The notes beneath the pieces were generated by a model. That model was given only the letters and a program-made list of their open reading frames with translations, ran no database searches and was not told the DNA's origin. From contig CAWBBV010000004.1 in the NCBI GenBank assembly GCA_963787125.1, positions 32,001 through 96,000 on the forward strand: a stretch of 64,000 nucleotides of DNA. Direction: 5' to 3'. Made by a program: the position numbers and the translations under genes. Source of the DNA: an uncultured delta proteobacterium (GTDB lineage: Bacteria > Desulfobacterota > Desulfuromonadia > Geobacterales > DSM-12255). Shown here in pieces: positions 41,044 to 50,214 of this stretch (positions within the stretch are counted from its first letter, which is position 1; every line of letters begins with the position of its first letter).

Positions 41044-41130
41044 CTCTTTCCAGGCTACATTATGTTTGAATTCAAGTACTGATTGTGACACAATTACAGT
41101 ACTCAATCAAGTACAGTAAGGAGTCAGGAA

Positions 41131-41394
41131 ATGAATACCATTCCCGCACAGGAACTGAAACGGCGCGGTATAGCAGCGGTTGACAGCTTGATCGCTCATG
41201 GTGACGTCCATGTCATCCGCAACAACCGGCCCGAGTATGTGGTGCTGTCCGAGGCGCGCTACCAGGAGCTGGTGGCCGAGGCGGAGGAGGCATATGTGGC
41301 CCGGGTGAAGGCGTCGCTGGAGGATGTGAAGGCCGGACGGGTAAAGCGGGGCAGTGCCGCTGACCTGATCAAAGAGCTTGGGCTCACGGACTAA
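41131..41394 (+). CDS. Phd/YefM-family antitoxin
   Basis: AQELKRRG, VHVIRNNRPEYVVL; GTAC-centred operator-like repeats upstream. Confidence 0.85.
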   Translation: MNTIPAQELKRRGIAAVDSLIAHGDVHVIRNNRPEYVVLSEARYQELVAEAEEAYVARVKASLEDVKAGRVKRGSAADLIKELGLTD

Positions 41395-41396
41395 GC

Positions 41397-41672
41397 ATGT
41401 ACGAACTTGTCTGGACTTCCGGTTTTACACGCGCCGCGAAAAAATTCGTTGATCAGCATCGCGAACTGCGCACCAAATTCGCCACCATCCTGAGCGACCT
41501 GGAGATCGACCCGTTCCAGCCCCACCTCAAATATCACCATCTGACCGGTAAACTGAAGGGTGTCCAGGCGGTGAGCATCACCCACAGCTATCGGATTATC
41601 CTGACCGTTATGATCACCGACAAGGAAATCATCCTCCTCGACATTAGCAGCCATGATGAGGTGTACCGGTAG
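41397..41672 (+). CDS. RelE/YafQ-family mRNA interferase toxin
   Basis: FTRAAKKF, DPFQPHLKYHHLTGKL, SHDEVY. Confidence 0.88.
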   Translation: MYELVWTSGFTRAAKKFVDQHRELRTKFATILSDLEIDPFQPHLKYHHLTGKLKGVQAVSITHSYRIILTVMITDKEIILLDISSHDEVYR

Positions 41673-41697
41673 CAGGAAAAACAGGGAGGTTCAGGGG

Positions 41698-41724
41698 AAT
41701 TCTGGGAACATCCACACCTATTCC
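41698..41724 (+). repeat. Array element, degenerate foot
   Basis: AATTCTGGGAACATCCACACCTATTCC. Confidence 0.55.
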
Positions 41725-41792
41725 CGCTTGACGACACCGCCCTTCGAGAGTAATTTCCAAGCCACGAAAAGCCGCATAATGGGAGGTAGACG

Positions 41793-42452
41793 ATGCAAGT
41801 AATCGGTATCAGCGGCAGTCCCCGCACACAATGGAACACGGCAACTCTGGTGGCAAAAGCCCTGGAGGGGGCCGCTGCACAGGGGGCTGAGACGGAAATG
41901 GTCAACCTGTACGACCTTGATTTCAAGGGGTGCACGAGCTGCTTCGCCTGCAAGACCAGAGGTGGGAAGAGCTACGGCCGCTGCGCCATGAAGGACGGTC
42001 TGACGCCGGTGCTGGAAAGTATCGCCACGGCCGACGCCCTGGTGGTCGGCTCGCCGGTCTATTTCGGCTCGGTCACCGGCGAGACGCGCAGCTTCATGGA
42101 ACGGCTGCTGTTCCCCTATCTGACCTACACCGTCCCCTACGGCACCCTCTTTCCGCAGAAGCTGGCCACGGCCTTCATCTACACCATGAACGTCAATGAA
42201 GAGCGGAGCCGGGAGTTCGGCTACGAGTACTTCATCAAAGCGAACGAACGCTATGCCCAGATGCTGCTCGGCACCGCCGAGTCGCTCTGTGCTTTCGATA
42301 CCTGCCAGGTGGACGACTATGCAAAAGTGGTGATCGAGAGCTTCGATCCGGTGCACAAGGCGAAGCGGCGGGCCGAGGCGCTGCCGCTGGACTGCCAGCG
42401 GGCCTTCGATCTGGGGAGACGGCTGGCCGGGGCGGAAACCGTCGCGGCGTAG
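41793..42452 (+). CDS. Iron-sulfur flavoprotein / flavodoxin-family protein
   Basis: GSPR..NT, GCTSCFACK...C, GSPVYFG. Confidence 0.9.
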   Translation: MQVIGISGSPRTQWNTATLVAKALEGAAAQGAETEMVNLYDLDFKGCTSCFACKTRGGKSYGRCAMKDGLTPVLESIATADALVVGSPVYFGSVTGETRSFMERLLFPYLTYTVPYGTLFPQKLATAFIYTMNVNEERSREFGYEYFIKANERYAQMLLGTAESLCAFDTCQVDDYAKVVIESFDPVHKAKRRAEALPLDCQRAFDLGRRLAGAETVAA

Positions 42453-42454
42453 GA

Positions 42455-42513
42455 GATTGCGGGGAGAGTTTACCTGAACAACAAAGGCGGCCAAACGGCC
42501 GCCTTTGTTGTTC
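42455..42513 (+). repeat. Array element with extended hairpin (probable bidirectional terminator)
   Basis: ATTGCGGGGAGA...GAACAACAAAGGCGGCC-AAAC-GGCCGCCTTTGTTGTTC. Confidence 0.85.
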
Positions 42514-42523
42514 TTTATCAAAA

Positions 42524-42845
42524 TCAGAACGGCTCGACCTGGATCCGTTGCCCCGTAGTCCTGGTTTCGGACGAGCGCACTTCCTTGCCGTCAAGATCGA
42601 GGGTGCTCACCTTGTCAAGACCGGTGAACTGGTTTTCGCCAGGGCCCGGGTTGATTCGTATCCGCGTCTTCTGGGTTCCGACGAACTTCTTAATATCGTC
42701 GAATTGCAACGCAATGTAGGTTGCATCGAATTCCTAGTCACTGTTGCGCTTCCATACGCCATGGCCTAAGCTAAGTATCTGGTGCGAATCTCCACTCCGA
42801 AAGAACTTTCCATCAGACGTGAACGTGAGTAATACTACGCTGTCT
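42524..42845 (-). pseudogene. 5'-truncated beta-rich hypothetical gene with internal TAG
   Basis: Frame reads ..LLTFTSDGKFFRSGDSHQILSLGHGVWKRNSD*EFDATYIALQFDD..QVEPF; no start codon, abuts the DUF309 stop. Confidence 0.55.
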
Positions 42846-43251
42846 ATTCAGCTGCATCTGCCGGAGCCAACCGTATTTTGGGTATCAAGGCAACGGGAAC
42901 TTCTGCCATCCGTTCCGGGCCGAGTCTGGTGAGCTCAGTACGAAATGTAGCCGCTTCGGAAACAAGAGCCGCCACTTCGATCCTTTGGCAGACGGGACAG
43001 ACTCGCTGCAGGTAGTCTATGCCACTGCTGAGCAGAGAAACCGACCCGCCGAAGTTGCCGTTACGCCAATGCAGAAGGGCAACGGCAATCTGCAGTATTC
43101 CCTGATAGAACCGGCGGATTTCATCTTCGGAGCCGATCCAGAGATCTTCGAGAGTTTCGTGGCATTCATACCAATCGCCTCGATTGAATTCGCCGTATGC
43201 CTGCAAAATCTCTCCTGAAGGAGAACTGGAACAATCAAGCTGCTTTTTCAT
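42844..43251 (-). CDS. DUF309-family protein
   Basis: FNRGDWYECHETLEDLW, YQGILQIAVALLH. Confidence 0.88.
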   Translation of the reverse strand: MKKQLDCSSSPSGEILQAYGEFNRGDWYECHETLEDLWIGSEDEIRRFYQGILQIAVALLHWRNGNFGGSVSLLSSGIDYLQRVCPVCQRIEVAALVSEAATFRTELTRLGPERMAEVPVALIPKIRLAPADAAE

Positions 43252-43339
43252 AAAGGCTACTCCTTCTACTGACAATTCACACGAACAGCTTCATTTATAT
43301 TATACCGCTGCCAGGGGAAATAGCCCGTAATTCCACACG

Positions 43340-43389
43340 AATTTCAGGGACACCATACCTAATTCTAAAGGCGGCCAAGCGGCAGACTT
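43340..43389 (+). repeat. Array element
   Basis: AATTTCAGGGACACCATACCTAATTCTAAAGGCGGCCAAGCGGCAGACTT. Confidence 0.88.
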
Positions 43390-43395
43390 GGTTGT

Positions 43396-43968
43396 TTACT
43401 CGCCGCCTTTTGGTTCAGGGCAGACGCAAGAATCGAAATCTTCATTCAAACACTCTCTGCAGACCCCACCACTGTCAAGCCCGGTACCACGGCGCGCCGC
43501 TTCTATTGCCGCGATGTCGATCTTTTTCATCTCCATCATCGCCTCGAACGCCCGTTTGGCAGCGGCAGGATCGGGATCGCTTATCGCTTCAGTCAGGGCG
43601 ATCGGCGTGATCTGCCACGACAGCCCCCATTTGTCCTGGCACCAGCCGCACTCACTCTCTGCTCCGCCGTTGCCAACGATGGCGTTCCAGTAGCGATCCG
43701 TTTCATCCTGATCGACGGTTGCAACCTGGAACGAGAATGCGCAGTTGTGCGTGAACTCTGGGCCGCCATTAAGGCCAAGGCAGGGAATGCCCATGACGGT
43801 AAACTCGACCGTCAACAGATCCCCTTGCTTCCCGGACGGGTAGTCCCCCGGTGCGAGAAGCAGTGCGCCGACAGATGAATCAGGAAAGGTTCTGGCGTAA
43901 AACCGCGCCGCCTCTTCGGCGTCGCGGTCGTACCAAAGGCATATTGTATTCTTTACAGGCGTTTTCAT
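43396..43968 (-). CDS. VOC/PhnB-like protein with short Cys-rich C-terminal tail
   Basis: AEEAARFYA, LNGGP, CGWCQDKWGLSWQI. Confidence 0.88.
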   Translation of the reverse strand: MKTPVKNTICLWYDRDAEEAARFYARTFPDSSVGALLLAPGDYPSGKQGDLLTVEFTVMGIPCLGLNGGPEFTHNCAFSFQVATVDQDETDRYWNAIVGNGGAESECGWCQDKWGLSWQITPIALTEAISDPDPAAAKRAFEAMMEMKKIDIAAIEAARRGTGLDSGGVCRECLNEDFDSCVCPEPKGGE

Positions 43969-44075
43969 GTCATTTCTCCTTTGCGATGCGCCGCTCTGAA
44001 AAGAAGTGCCGGTAGTGAGCGGTCAGTCTGCCGGGCCCGTAACGTTTTCTCTGTTACCTTCTGCTGTGGCCGGTG

Positions 44076-44447
44076 CTATTTCAATGAATGCAGACCTATC
44101 ATGTTTCCTTCGATATCAACCACCAGGGCGATGAAGCCGTATTCACCGATGGACCATTTCTCCCGCTGCATCCGGCCGCCAGCCGCGGTGACTCTGCCGG
44201 ACTCGACAGCGCAGTCTTCGCAACTGAAGTAGACTAGCGTGCTGTTGCCGCCTGATGAAACACCGTCCATTTTGACCAAGGCACCACCGGCACCCCAGCG
44301 CTCCATATCCATCGGAAAGCTCCATAATTCCACTTCCGGATTGGCCAAGCGCTCCAGCTTTACCTGGAAGACCGTTTCGTAGAAAGCTTTGGCCCGCTCA
44401 ATGTCCTGTACATATATTTCATACCAGCATACCGCGTTGTTTTTCAT
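44076..44447 (-). CDS. VOC/glyoxalase-family protein
   Basis: WYEIYVQDIERAKAFYE, DIEGNMIGLHS. Confidence 0.9.
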   Translation of the reverse strand: MKNNAVCWYEIYVQDIERAKAFYETVFQVKLERLANPEVELWSFPMDMERWGAGGALVKMDGVSSGGNSTLVYFSCEDCAVESGRVTAAGGRMQREKWSIGEYGFIALVVDIEGNMIGLHSLK

Positions 44448-44513
44448 GGCTCACTCCCTTCATGCTCCCGGAGAATTAAACTGATGCATCTATGGTAATT
44501 ATACACCTCGGGC

Positions 44514-44554
44514 GAGTTCCGGGGACAGCATACTTATCTCCTAACCGCCTTTTT
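44514..44554 (+). repeat. Array element (hairpin partly deleted)
   Basis: GAGTTCCGGGGACAGCATACTTATCTCCTAACCGCCTTTTT. Confidence 0.8.
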
Positions 44555-44650
44555 TGCGACAATGGAATGAGCACAGGCTTTTGTGGAAATACGGGACGAT
44601 CAGGAGTAAACTATGAGTTAAGGAGAAACGTAGCATAAGGAGGTGTCATC

Positions 44651-45145
44651 ATGACAACATCACGTGGCAAAGAACTGGCCGCAATAATCGATCAGAAAGT
44701 TGCAGCCCTGAAACAGGTATGCCTGAGTGTGGACGAGACCCTGGCAGGCCGCGCACCGGCGGACCGGTGGTCAACCAAGGAGATTCTTTCCCACCTCTGC
44801 GGTCCCGAGGGGGTCGGCCACCTGCCGCTCCTCAAGGCTTTTGTGGACAAAGATATTCCGCAGTTGGTGCTGGATGCCGGTAATCCGTTTTATACCGAAC
44901 AGCGTGCCGCCATGAGCATTGTCGAGCTGGTTGCGGAGTGTGAACTGAATTACCGGCGGGTTGCCGACTTTGCGGCGGGACTGACCGATGTGCAGCTGGC
45001 CCGGACAGCGCATATCCCTGAATTGAAGGATTCGCCCCTGGGCGAGTACCCGACGCTGGAACAGATGATCTACGGGCTGGGTGAGTACCATATCCAGTTC
45101 CACATTGATCACTTGGGAGAGATCCTGACGGCCCTGGCAGGGTAG
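44651..45145 (+). CDS. DinB-family protein
   Basis: WSTKEILSHL ... HIQFHIDHL. Confidence 0.82.
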   Translation: MTTSRGKELAAIIDQKVAALKQVCLSVDETLAGRAPADRWSTKEILSHLCGPEGVGHLPLLKAFVDKDIPQLVLDAGNPFYTEQRAAMSIVELVAECELNYRRVADFAAGLTDVQLARTAHIPELKDSPLGEYPTLEQMIYGLGEYHIQFHIDHLGEILTALAG

Positions 45146-45214
45146 GGACATGGGGTCAATGTGAGATTGTGTGTTTCCTACTCTCAGCATATCTAAGCAT
45201 TGGAGGTGATTGAC

Positions 45215-45673
45215 ATGGTTGACATTCTTCATCGTATCGGCATCAAGTCACCTGTCTCTCAAGTCTATAAGGCGTTGACCACGTTGGACGGCCTGGCAGG
45301 TTGGTGGACCGAGGAGGTTCGGGGAGATACCCGGGTCGGAAGCAGGATTGAATTCAGCTTTCGCACGAAAACAGGTGATCTGCTGGGCAGAATGGTAATG
45401 GAAGTGAATGAGCTTGGCGATAATAAAAATGTGCGCTGGCGGTGCATCGAGGGGCCGGAGGAGTGGGTGGGGACTGACATCACCTTTGAACTGTCGGGGC
45501 AGGATGGACAGACGATTATCCTCTTTGGCCACCGGAACTGGCGCGAGGCGGTTGAGGCCACCTATCACTGCAGTATGAAGTGGGCGACGTTCCTGTTAAG
45601 TCTGCGTAAGTATCTGGAAACGGGAACAGGGAAGCCCTCACCCCATGACCTGAAAATTGATAACTGGAATTAG
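45215..45673 (+). CDS. SRPBCC/AHSA1-domain protein
   Basis: VYKALTTLDGLAGWW, WRCIEGPEEWVGT, FLLSLRKYLETG. Confidence 0.88.
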   Translation: MVDILHRIGIKSPVSQVYKALTTLDGLAGWWTEEVRGDTRVGSRIEFSFRTKTGDLLGRMVMEVNELGDNKNVRWRCIEGPEEWVGTDITFELSGQDGQTIILFGHRNWREAVEATYHCSMKWATFLLSLRKYLETGTGKPSPHDLKIDNWN

Positions 45674-45732
45674 CGTGGGGAACGAAGCCCCTGAAACTGA
45701 TCAGGTGCCACCCTGAGGAAGGAGAAATTATC

Positions 45733-46179
45733 ATGACTAACAACACCGTCACACTGCACCGTGTTATTCGCGCACCGGCTGAAAGGGTCTACCGGGCGTT
45801 TCTCGATGCCGATGCCATGGCCAAATGGATGCCGCCGCACGGCTTCACCGGCACGGTGCACCAGATTGACGCCAGGATCGGCGGGAGTTACAAGATGTCG
45901 TTCACCAACTTTTCGACCGGTCAAACCCACGCTTTTGGCGGTAGGTATCTTGAGCTGGTGCCCAATGAGCGCATCCGCAACACCGACCTGTTCGACGACC
46001 CAAACCTGCCCGGCGAAATGGTTACAACGGTCACTCTTAAAGTTGTGCCGTGCGGGACAGAACTGGAGATTGTGCAGGAAGGCATCCCGGAGGCCATCCC
46101 TCTTGAGGGGTGCTATGTTGGCTGGCAGGAATCGCTTTTACTGCTTGCCCAGCTGGTCGAGGCCGAGATTCCGGGGTGA
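45733..46179 (+). CDS. SRPBCC/AHSA1-domain protein
   Basis: APAERVYRAFLD, WMPPHGF, GWQESL. Confidence 0.88.
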   Translation: MTNNTVTLHRVIRAPAERVYRAFLDADAMAKWMPPHGFTGTVHQIDARIGGSYKMSFTNFSTGQTHAFGGRYLELVPNERIRNTDLFDDPNLPGEMVTTVTLKVVPCGTELEIVQEGIPEAIPLEGCYVGWQESLLLLAQLVEAEIPG

Positions 46180-46189
46180 TGTCGCGCTG

Positions 46190-46241
46190 AATTCCGGAAA
46201 ATCCATACCTTATTCAAAAGGCGGCCAATCGGTCGCCTTTT
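46190..46241 (+). repeat. Array element
   Basis: AATTCCGGAAAATCCATACCTTATTCAAAAGGCGGCCAATCGGTCGCCTTTT. Confidence 0.9.
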
Positions 46242-46320
46242 TTGCTTGGCAAATTGGCTACAACGAAAAGATATGGCATTATCTTTTCGTTAGCACCGAC
46301 GTAACGAAAAGTTTTCTCCG

Positions 46321-46368
46321 TAATTCCTTCAAATCCACAAGGCGGCTAAGCGGCCGCCTTGTGGATTT
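46321..46368 (+). repeat. Array element (short foot, extended hairpin)
   Basis: TAATTCC...AAATCCACAAGGCGGCTAAGCGGCCGCCTTGTGGATTT. Confidence 0.85.
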
Positions 46369-46488
46369 TCGCGAATATCAAAACCTCTTGACCCGCCTAC
46401 CACTTTTTCAGTTTAACGTTGTCCTCATCATGACCATGAGTTGCAGCGAATCACTTGCTTTCCTGCCCGGTTGCTTTACCATTACTGC

Positions 46489-47692
46489 ATGAAAAAAATG
46501 ACGCTCAAAAACGCTGCTTTACCGGCAGCTGGGCCCCGTTCCCCCTTGCGGGTGCTGATCGGCGGGATACTCGGCATGATGGTGGCCATGGGGATCGGAC
46601 GATTTGCCTTTACGCCGATTCTGCCGCTGATGCAGCGGGATCTGGGGGTCAGTCACAGTCTGGCCGGCGGACTGGCTTCACTCAATTATAGCGGCTACCT
46701 TGCCGGAGCGCTTGTGTGTGCGATCTGGCCGCGGGTGCTGCGCAGTGTGCCGGTCAACATCGGGGCGCTGGCCGCCTGCATCGCCACTACCCTGCTGATG
46801 GCGCTGACGACCGACCCCTTCTGGTGGAGTGCTCTGCGGCTGTTGGGGGGGGCGTCCAGTGCGCTGCTCTTCGTGGTCATTGCCATCGAGGTGAGCGAGA
46901 TTCTGGCGCAGAGCCGCCATAGCCACTGGAGCAGCGCCCTCTACGGCGGCATCGGTCTGGGAATCGCCCTGAGTGGCGCGATGGTGCCACTGCTGGACCG
47001 TATTAACGGCTGGCGCGGTGCCTGGCTGGGGATGGGGGCTCTTTCCGTTGTGCTGGCCTTGATCGGCGTCACGGTTGCGGGGAAACGGCGCGGAGCAGTG
47101 GCAGTGGCTGACGGGGGGGCGGCGGCGCCAGCGGCGGGGGACTTCAGCGGCCTTGCCCGACTGGCCACGGCCTATCTGTGCGAAGGGGTCGGCTACATTG
47201 TCAGCGCTACTTTTCTGGTGACCATGGTGGCCCATACACCGGGGCTGGCAGGTTTTGCTTCCTGGAGCTGGGTGGCGGTGGGGCTGGCGGCAGCGCCGTC
47301 GACCGTCATCTGGCAGCGGACCGCTGCCAGGATCGGCGTCCGGCCGGCGCTGACCCTGGCCTACCTGCTCCAGGCGGTTGGCATCCTGCTCAGCATCAAT
47401 GCCGCCACCCCGTTCACGGCCGGTCTGGCGGCAATCATCTTCGGCGGCACCTTCCTCGGCATTGTCGCTCTCTCCATGGCCGAAGCGGTGCGGCGCTGCG
47501 CTGCTGGAGGGCCGGCGCGCCACGGCGGTCATGACCGTCTGTTTCGGCGCCGGGCAGGTGGCCGGTCCGTCTCTGGCCGGTTTTCTGGCCGACAGGCAGG
47601 GTGGCTTTGCCCTACCGCTCCTGCTGGCCGGCATCGTGGTGGCAAGCGGCGCTTTACTGACGGCATCGGACAGCCATTTTTCCAGGAAGTGA
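46489..47692 (+). CDS. YbfB/YjiJ-family MFS transporter (frameshift near 47500)
   Basis: AMGIGRFAFTPILP, NYSGYLAGA, WVAVGLAAAPS; C-terminus AVMTVCFGAGQVAGP in the shifted frame. Confidence 0.85.
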
Positions 47693-47693
47693 G

Positions 47694-47741
47694 CCATGGA
47701 AACCATACCTAATACACAAGGCGGCCAAGCGGCCGCCTTTG
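47694..47741 (+). repeat. Array element
   Basis: CCATGGAAACCATACCTAATACACAAGGCGGCCAAGCGGCCGCCTTTG. Confidence 0.88.
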
Positions 47742-47861
47742 TTTTTCCAGGACAGGCCGGGCAGATACTACCGGTCCCCGCTGCCTTATTCTTCCTGAAG
47801 TAATGCGCTGCCGGCAACAGCTGGTACACTGATAGAAACAGTCCATAATCGGAGTTGCAAT

Positions 47862-48353
47862 ATGAAAAGATTTTTGATGATGTGGACACTGCTGACGGCT
47901 GCCGTCAGCAGTGCCGTGGCGGCAAATTACACCATCAGTAATCCTGCTGACAAAATTGTCAACCCAGCCGGCAGAATCAGTAACCCCGCAGAAAAGATGT
48001 ATAACCCGGCCAGCAATATTGCAAACCCGGCAGAGCAGTTGGCAAATCCGAATCCGGTAATACCGGTGCAGACAAAGATACCTCTGCCTGTCGGGCAGGC
48101 AAAGCTGGCTGCTGAAAAACCGGCTCTACCGGTCGTACCGGCCAAATATTACACCTTCAAAAAGGTGAAAGAGTATCTGGAGGCAGCCAAAAAAGCCTTT
48201 GGCAAAGACGATTACACTGAATTTACCACCCTGTCAGAAGATGCCTTGCGGCGGATAAACAGCGGCGGGCTGAAGGCCTCCAGAAAGACGATCAAGAAGC
48301 TGGAAAAATTCAGGACCTTCGGCTATGCACTTTTGGCGAAGGATGAAGACTAA
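47862..48353 (+). CDS. Exported hypothetical protein with 7-aa NPA repeats
   Basis: Signal peptide (AVA), ISNPADK-IVNPAGR-ISNPAEK-MYNPASN-IANPAEQ-LANPNP. Confidence 0.75.
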   Translation: MKRFLMMWTLLTAAVSSAVAANYTISNPADKIVNPAGRISNPAEKMYNPASNIANPAEQLANPNPVIPVQTKIPLPVGQAKLAAEKPALPVVPAKYYTFKKVKEYLEAAKKAFGKDDYTEFTTLSEDALRRINSGGLKASRKTIKKLEKFRTFGYALLAKDED

Positions 48354-48399
48354 TGCTGAACGACATAGAGGTAAATACCGGATAGCTTCTGGGTTCCGG

Positions 48400-48600
48400 C
48401 TTCCAGGATGACAAGATTTGATGCAAAAGACTGCCCAGAACAATGTCAAACAAAAGCATGAACAGGGCTAATGACACCCCGAGCACTGCAAGCCCCCTGT
48501 CGGATGTGATCCCCGTAACCGGTACGTAAAAATAACAGGCAGCCAGGCAACGAGGATATATAAGCCGGCTATTTTCAGTGCCAGGTACAGTTCCATTTCA
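48400..48600 (-). pseudogene. Possible relic of a small membrane-protein gene
   Basis: Hydrophobic peptides MELYLALKIAGLYILVAWLPVIF and LAVLGVSLALFMLLFDIVLG lie in different frames. Confidence 0.3.
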
Positions 48601-48642
48601 GCTCCGGGAAATCCGCTTGCAGATAGTTCCTTTCTTCATTTT

Positions 48643-49311
48643 TCAATACCGGCCAACCGTAATCGGCACTTCTGACTCGATTGCCTTTAGCCGGTTGCAG
48701 TAGGCTGCCAGCTCGGCAGCACGTTCTTTCTGGCTACTGTGAGCCGGGGCGTAAAACAGCTGCGGCAGCAACACCTCAAAACCGACAAACTCCAGCATTC
48801 CGCGCTGTATCGGCCTTAGAATGCCATTGATGTCGCCGTTGAAACCATCCGGTTGGTAAGAGTCTCCAGGCCCGCCGGTAGTCAGGGAAAGCAGGGCCTT
48901 TTTCCCCTTCATCAGACCTGTTTCGTAGATGTGACCATAGCCGTAGAAGCGCCCCATGGCGAAGACCCGGTCGAACCATCCTTTTAGAATGGCGGGAACG
49001 CTGAACCACCAGAGGGGAAACTGCCAGATCATCAGATCACACCACTCGACCTTGCCCATTTCAGCTTCGAGGTCGGCTGCAAATCCTCCCGCCTCGCTGG
49101 CGTGCATCTCCTCGATCTGCGATTTCAGGTAGTCCGGGTTCTTGATGGTTGTATAGTTTCTTCTGTCTGAAACAGGGTCGAACCCCATCCTGTAGAGATC
49201 GGATGTCTGAACCTGGTGGCCGTCCCGTTCCAGGGTGACAACTGCGGCTTGAAAAAGCGAAGAGCTGAAACTCTGCGGTTCAGGATGGGCATTGACGATA
49301 AGAATCTTCAT
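48643..49311 (-). CDS. NAD(P)H:quinone oxidoreductase (flavodoxin-2 family)
   Basis: AHPEPQSFS, SDLY, QFPLWWFSVPAILKGWFDRV. Confidence 0.92.
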   Translation of the reverse strand: MKILIVNAHPEPQSFSSSLFQAAVVTLERDGHQVQTSDLYRMGFDPVSDRRNYTTIKNPDYLKSQIEEMHASEAGGFAADLEAEMGKVEWCDLMIWQFPLWWFSVPAILKGWFDRVFAMGRFYGYGHIYETGLMKGKKALLSLTTGGPGDSYQPDGFNGDINGILRPIQRGMLEFVGFEVLLPQLFYAPAHSSQKERAAELAAYCNRLKAIESEVPITVGRY

Positions 49312-49386
49312 GGAGACCTCGGTAACGTGTATTCAAAGGGCTCTGCTTCAATCGAAAAGCCCTCACTGTCAAGCATGAGAAAACGG

Positions 49387-49414
49387 GAGGCGACCCGCTT
49401 TAGCCGGTCGCCTC
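49387..49414 (-). terminator. Hairpin downstream of the cytochrome c gene
   Basis: GAGGCGACC ... GGTCGCCTC. Confidence 0.5.
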
Positions 49415-49422
49415 TGACAAGG

Positions 49423-49758
49423 CTATTTGCCGGTATCAGCCATTCTCTTTGTCTTGAGGCTCTTTAGGTAAAGAACCAGTGACTTCATTTCGGCTGATCC
49501 GGAATCGAGCTTTATCCCCTTGAGCGGACCGGCAATGCAGCGATTGATAATATCGGCCAGATCCTTTTCATCATATGTGGCTGCACCCTTGAGCTTGTCG
49601 GCGTCCATATGGCAGGTTGCGCAGCTCTTGCCGGATGTGCCGAGCTTATCATTGCTAAAAAGCAGTTTCCCCATTTCGATGGAGGGGACTTCGGCCCCTA
49701 TTACACTGCTGCACCAGACAATGCCTCCGCAAATAATCAACCCTGTCAGTTTTTTCAT
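49423..49758 (-). CDS. Monoheme periplasmic cytochrome c
   Basis: Signal peptide, GKLLF, SCATCH. Confidence 0.87.
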   Translation of the reverse strand: MKKLTGLIICGGIVWCSSVIGAEVPSIEMGKLLFSNDKLGTSGKSCATCHMDADKLKGAATYDEKDLADIINRCIAGPLKGIKLDSGSAEMKSLVLYLKSLKTKRMADTGK

Positions 49759-49858
49759 GTCTGTCTCCCTTTTGAATGTCTCTCTGAAGTCTAGATGACT
49801 TTGCAGTCAAGTCAATTGCGGCTCCGGGAGACGCAGCGTGCTGATGGATGAATATGGG

Positions 49859-49883
49859 CAAAGGCGGCCGATCGCCGCCTTTG
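49859..49883 (+). repeat. Array element (hairpin)
   Basis: CAAAGGCGGCCGATCGCCGCCTTTG. Confidence 0.8.
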
Positions 49884-50214
49884 TTGTTTTGTCACGGATA
49901 AAAAACCTCTAGACCCATCTACCACTTCACAGTTTAGCATTGTCCTTGTCATGGCCATGATATAATCAGCTATACTTGTAAAAGATAACGAACTATGACG
50001 CCGCCATGAAAAAGCTCCACGTGGAGTTTGAACGGCGGGAGCCGGCGGTCTGCCACGTCTTTTTTGCTGCCGCTGGGCATCTCGGAAAAGAAAGCGCTGC
50101 TGATCCGCACGTGATCAGCCCCTCTGGTGAACGATATGGCTATAAATTCCTGTTCTGCAGAAAAGGTGAATGATCCGACTGAATAACCGGTCTTGATCAT
50201 GATAGGGAGCAAAA

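Noticed and set aside
40978..41106. N-terminal extension of the MutY-like ORF
   Set aside because: It crosses a repeat copy and the TA promoter; the RBS and plausible start are at 40977.
42734..42736. Pyrrolysine or amber read-through
   Set aside because: The frame has no start codon and no pyl context; a pseudogene is simpler.
49950..50200. Riboswitch or ncRNA upstream of rsgA
   Set aside because: No recognised motif; it reads more like a frameshifted relic of a short ORF, too weak to call.
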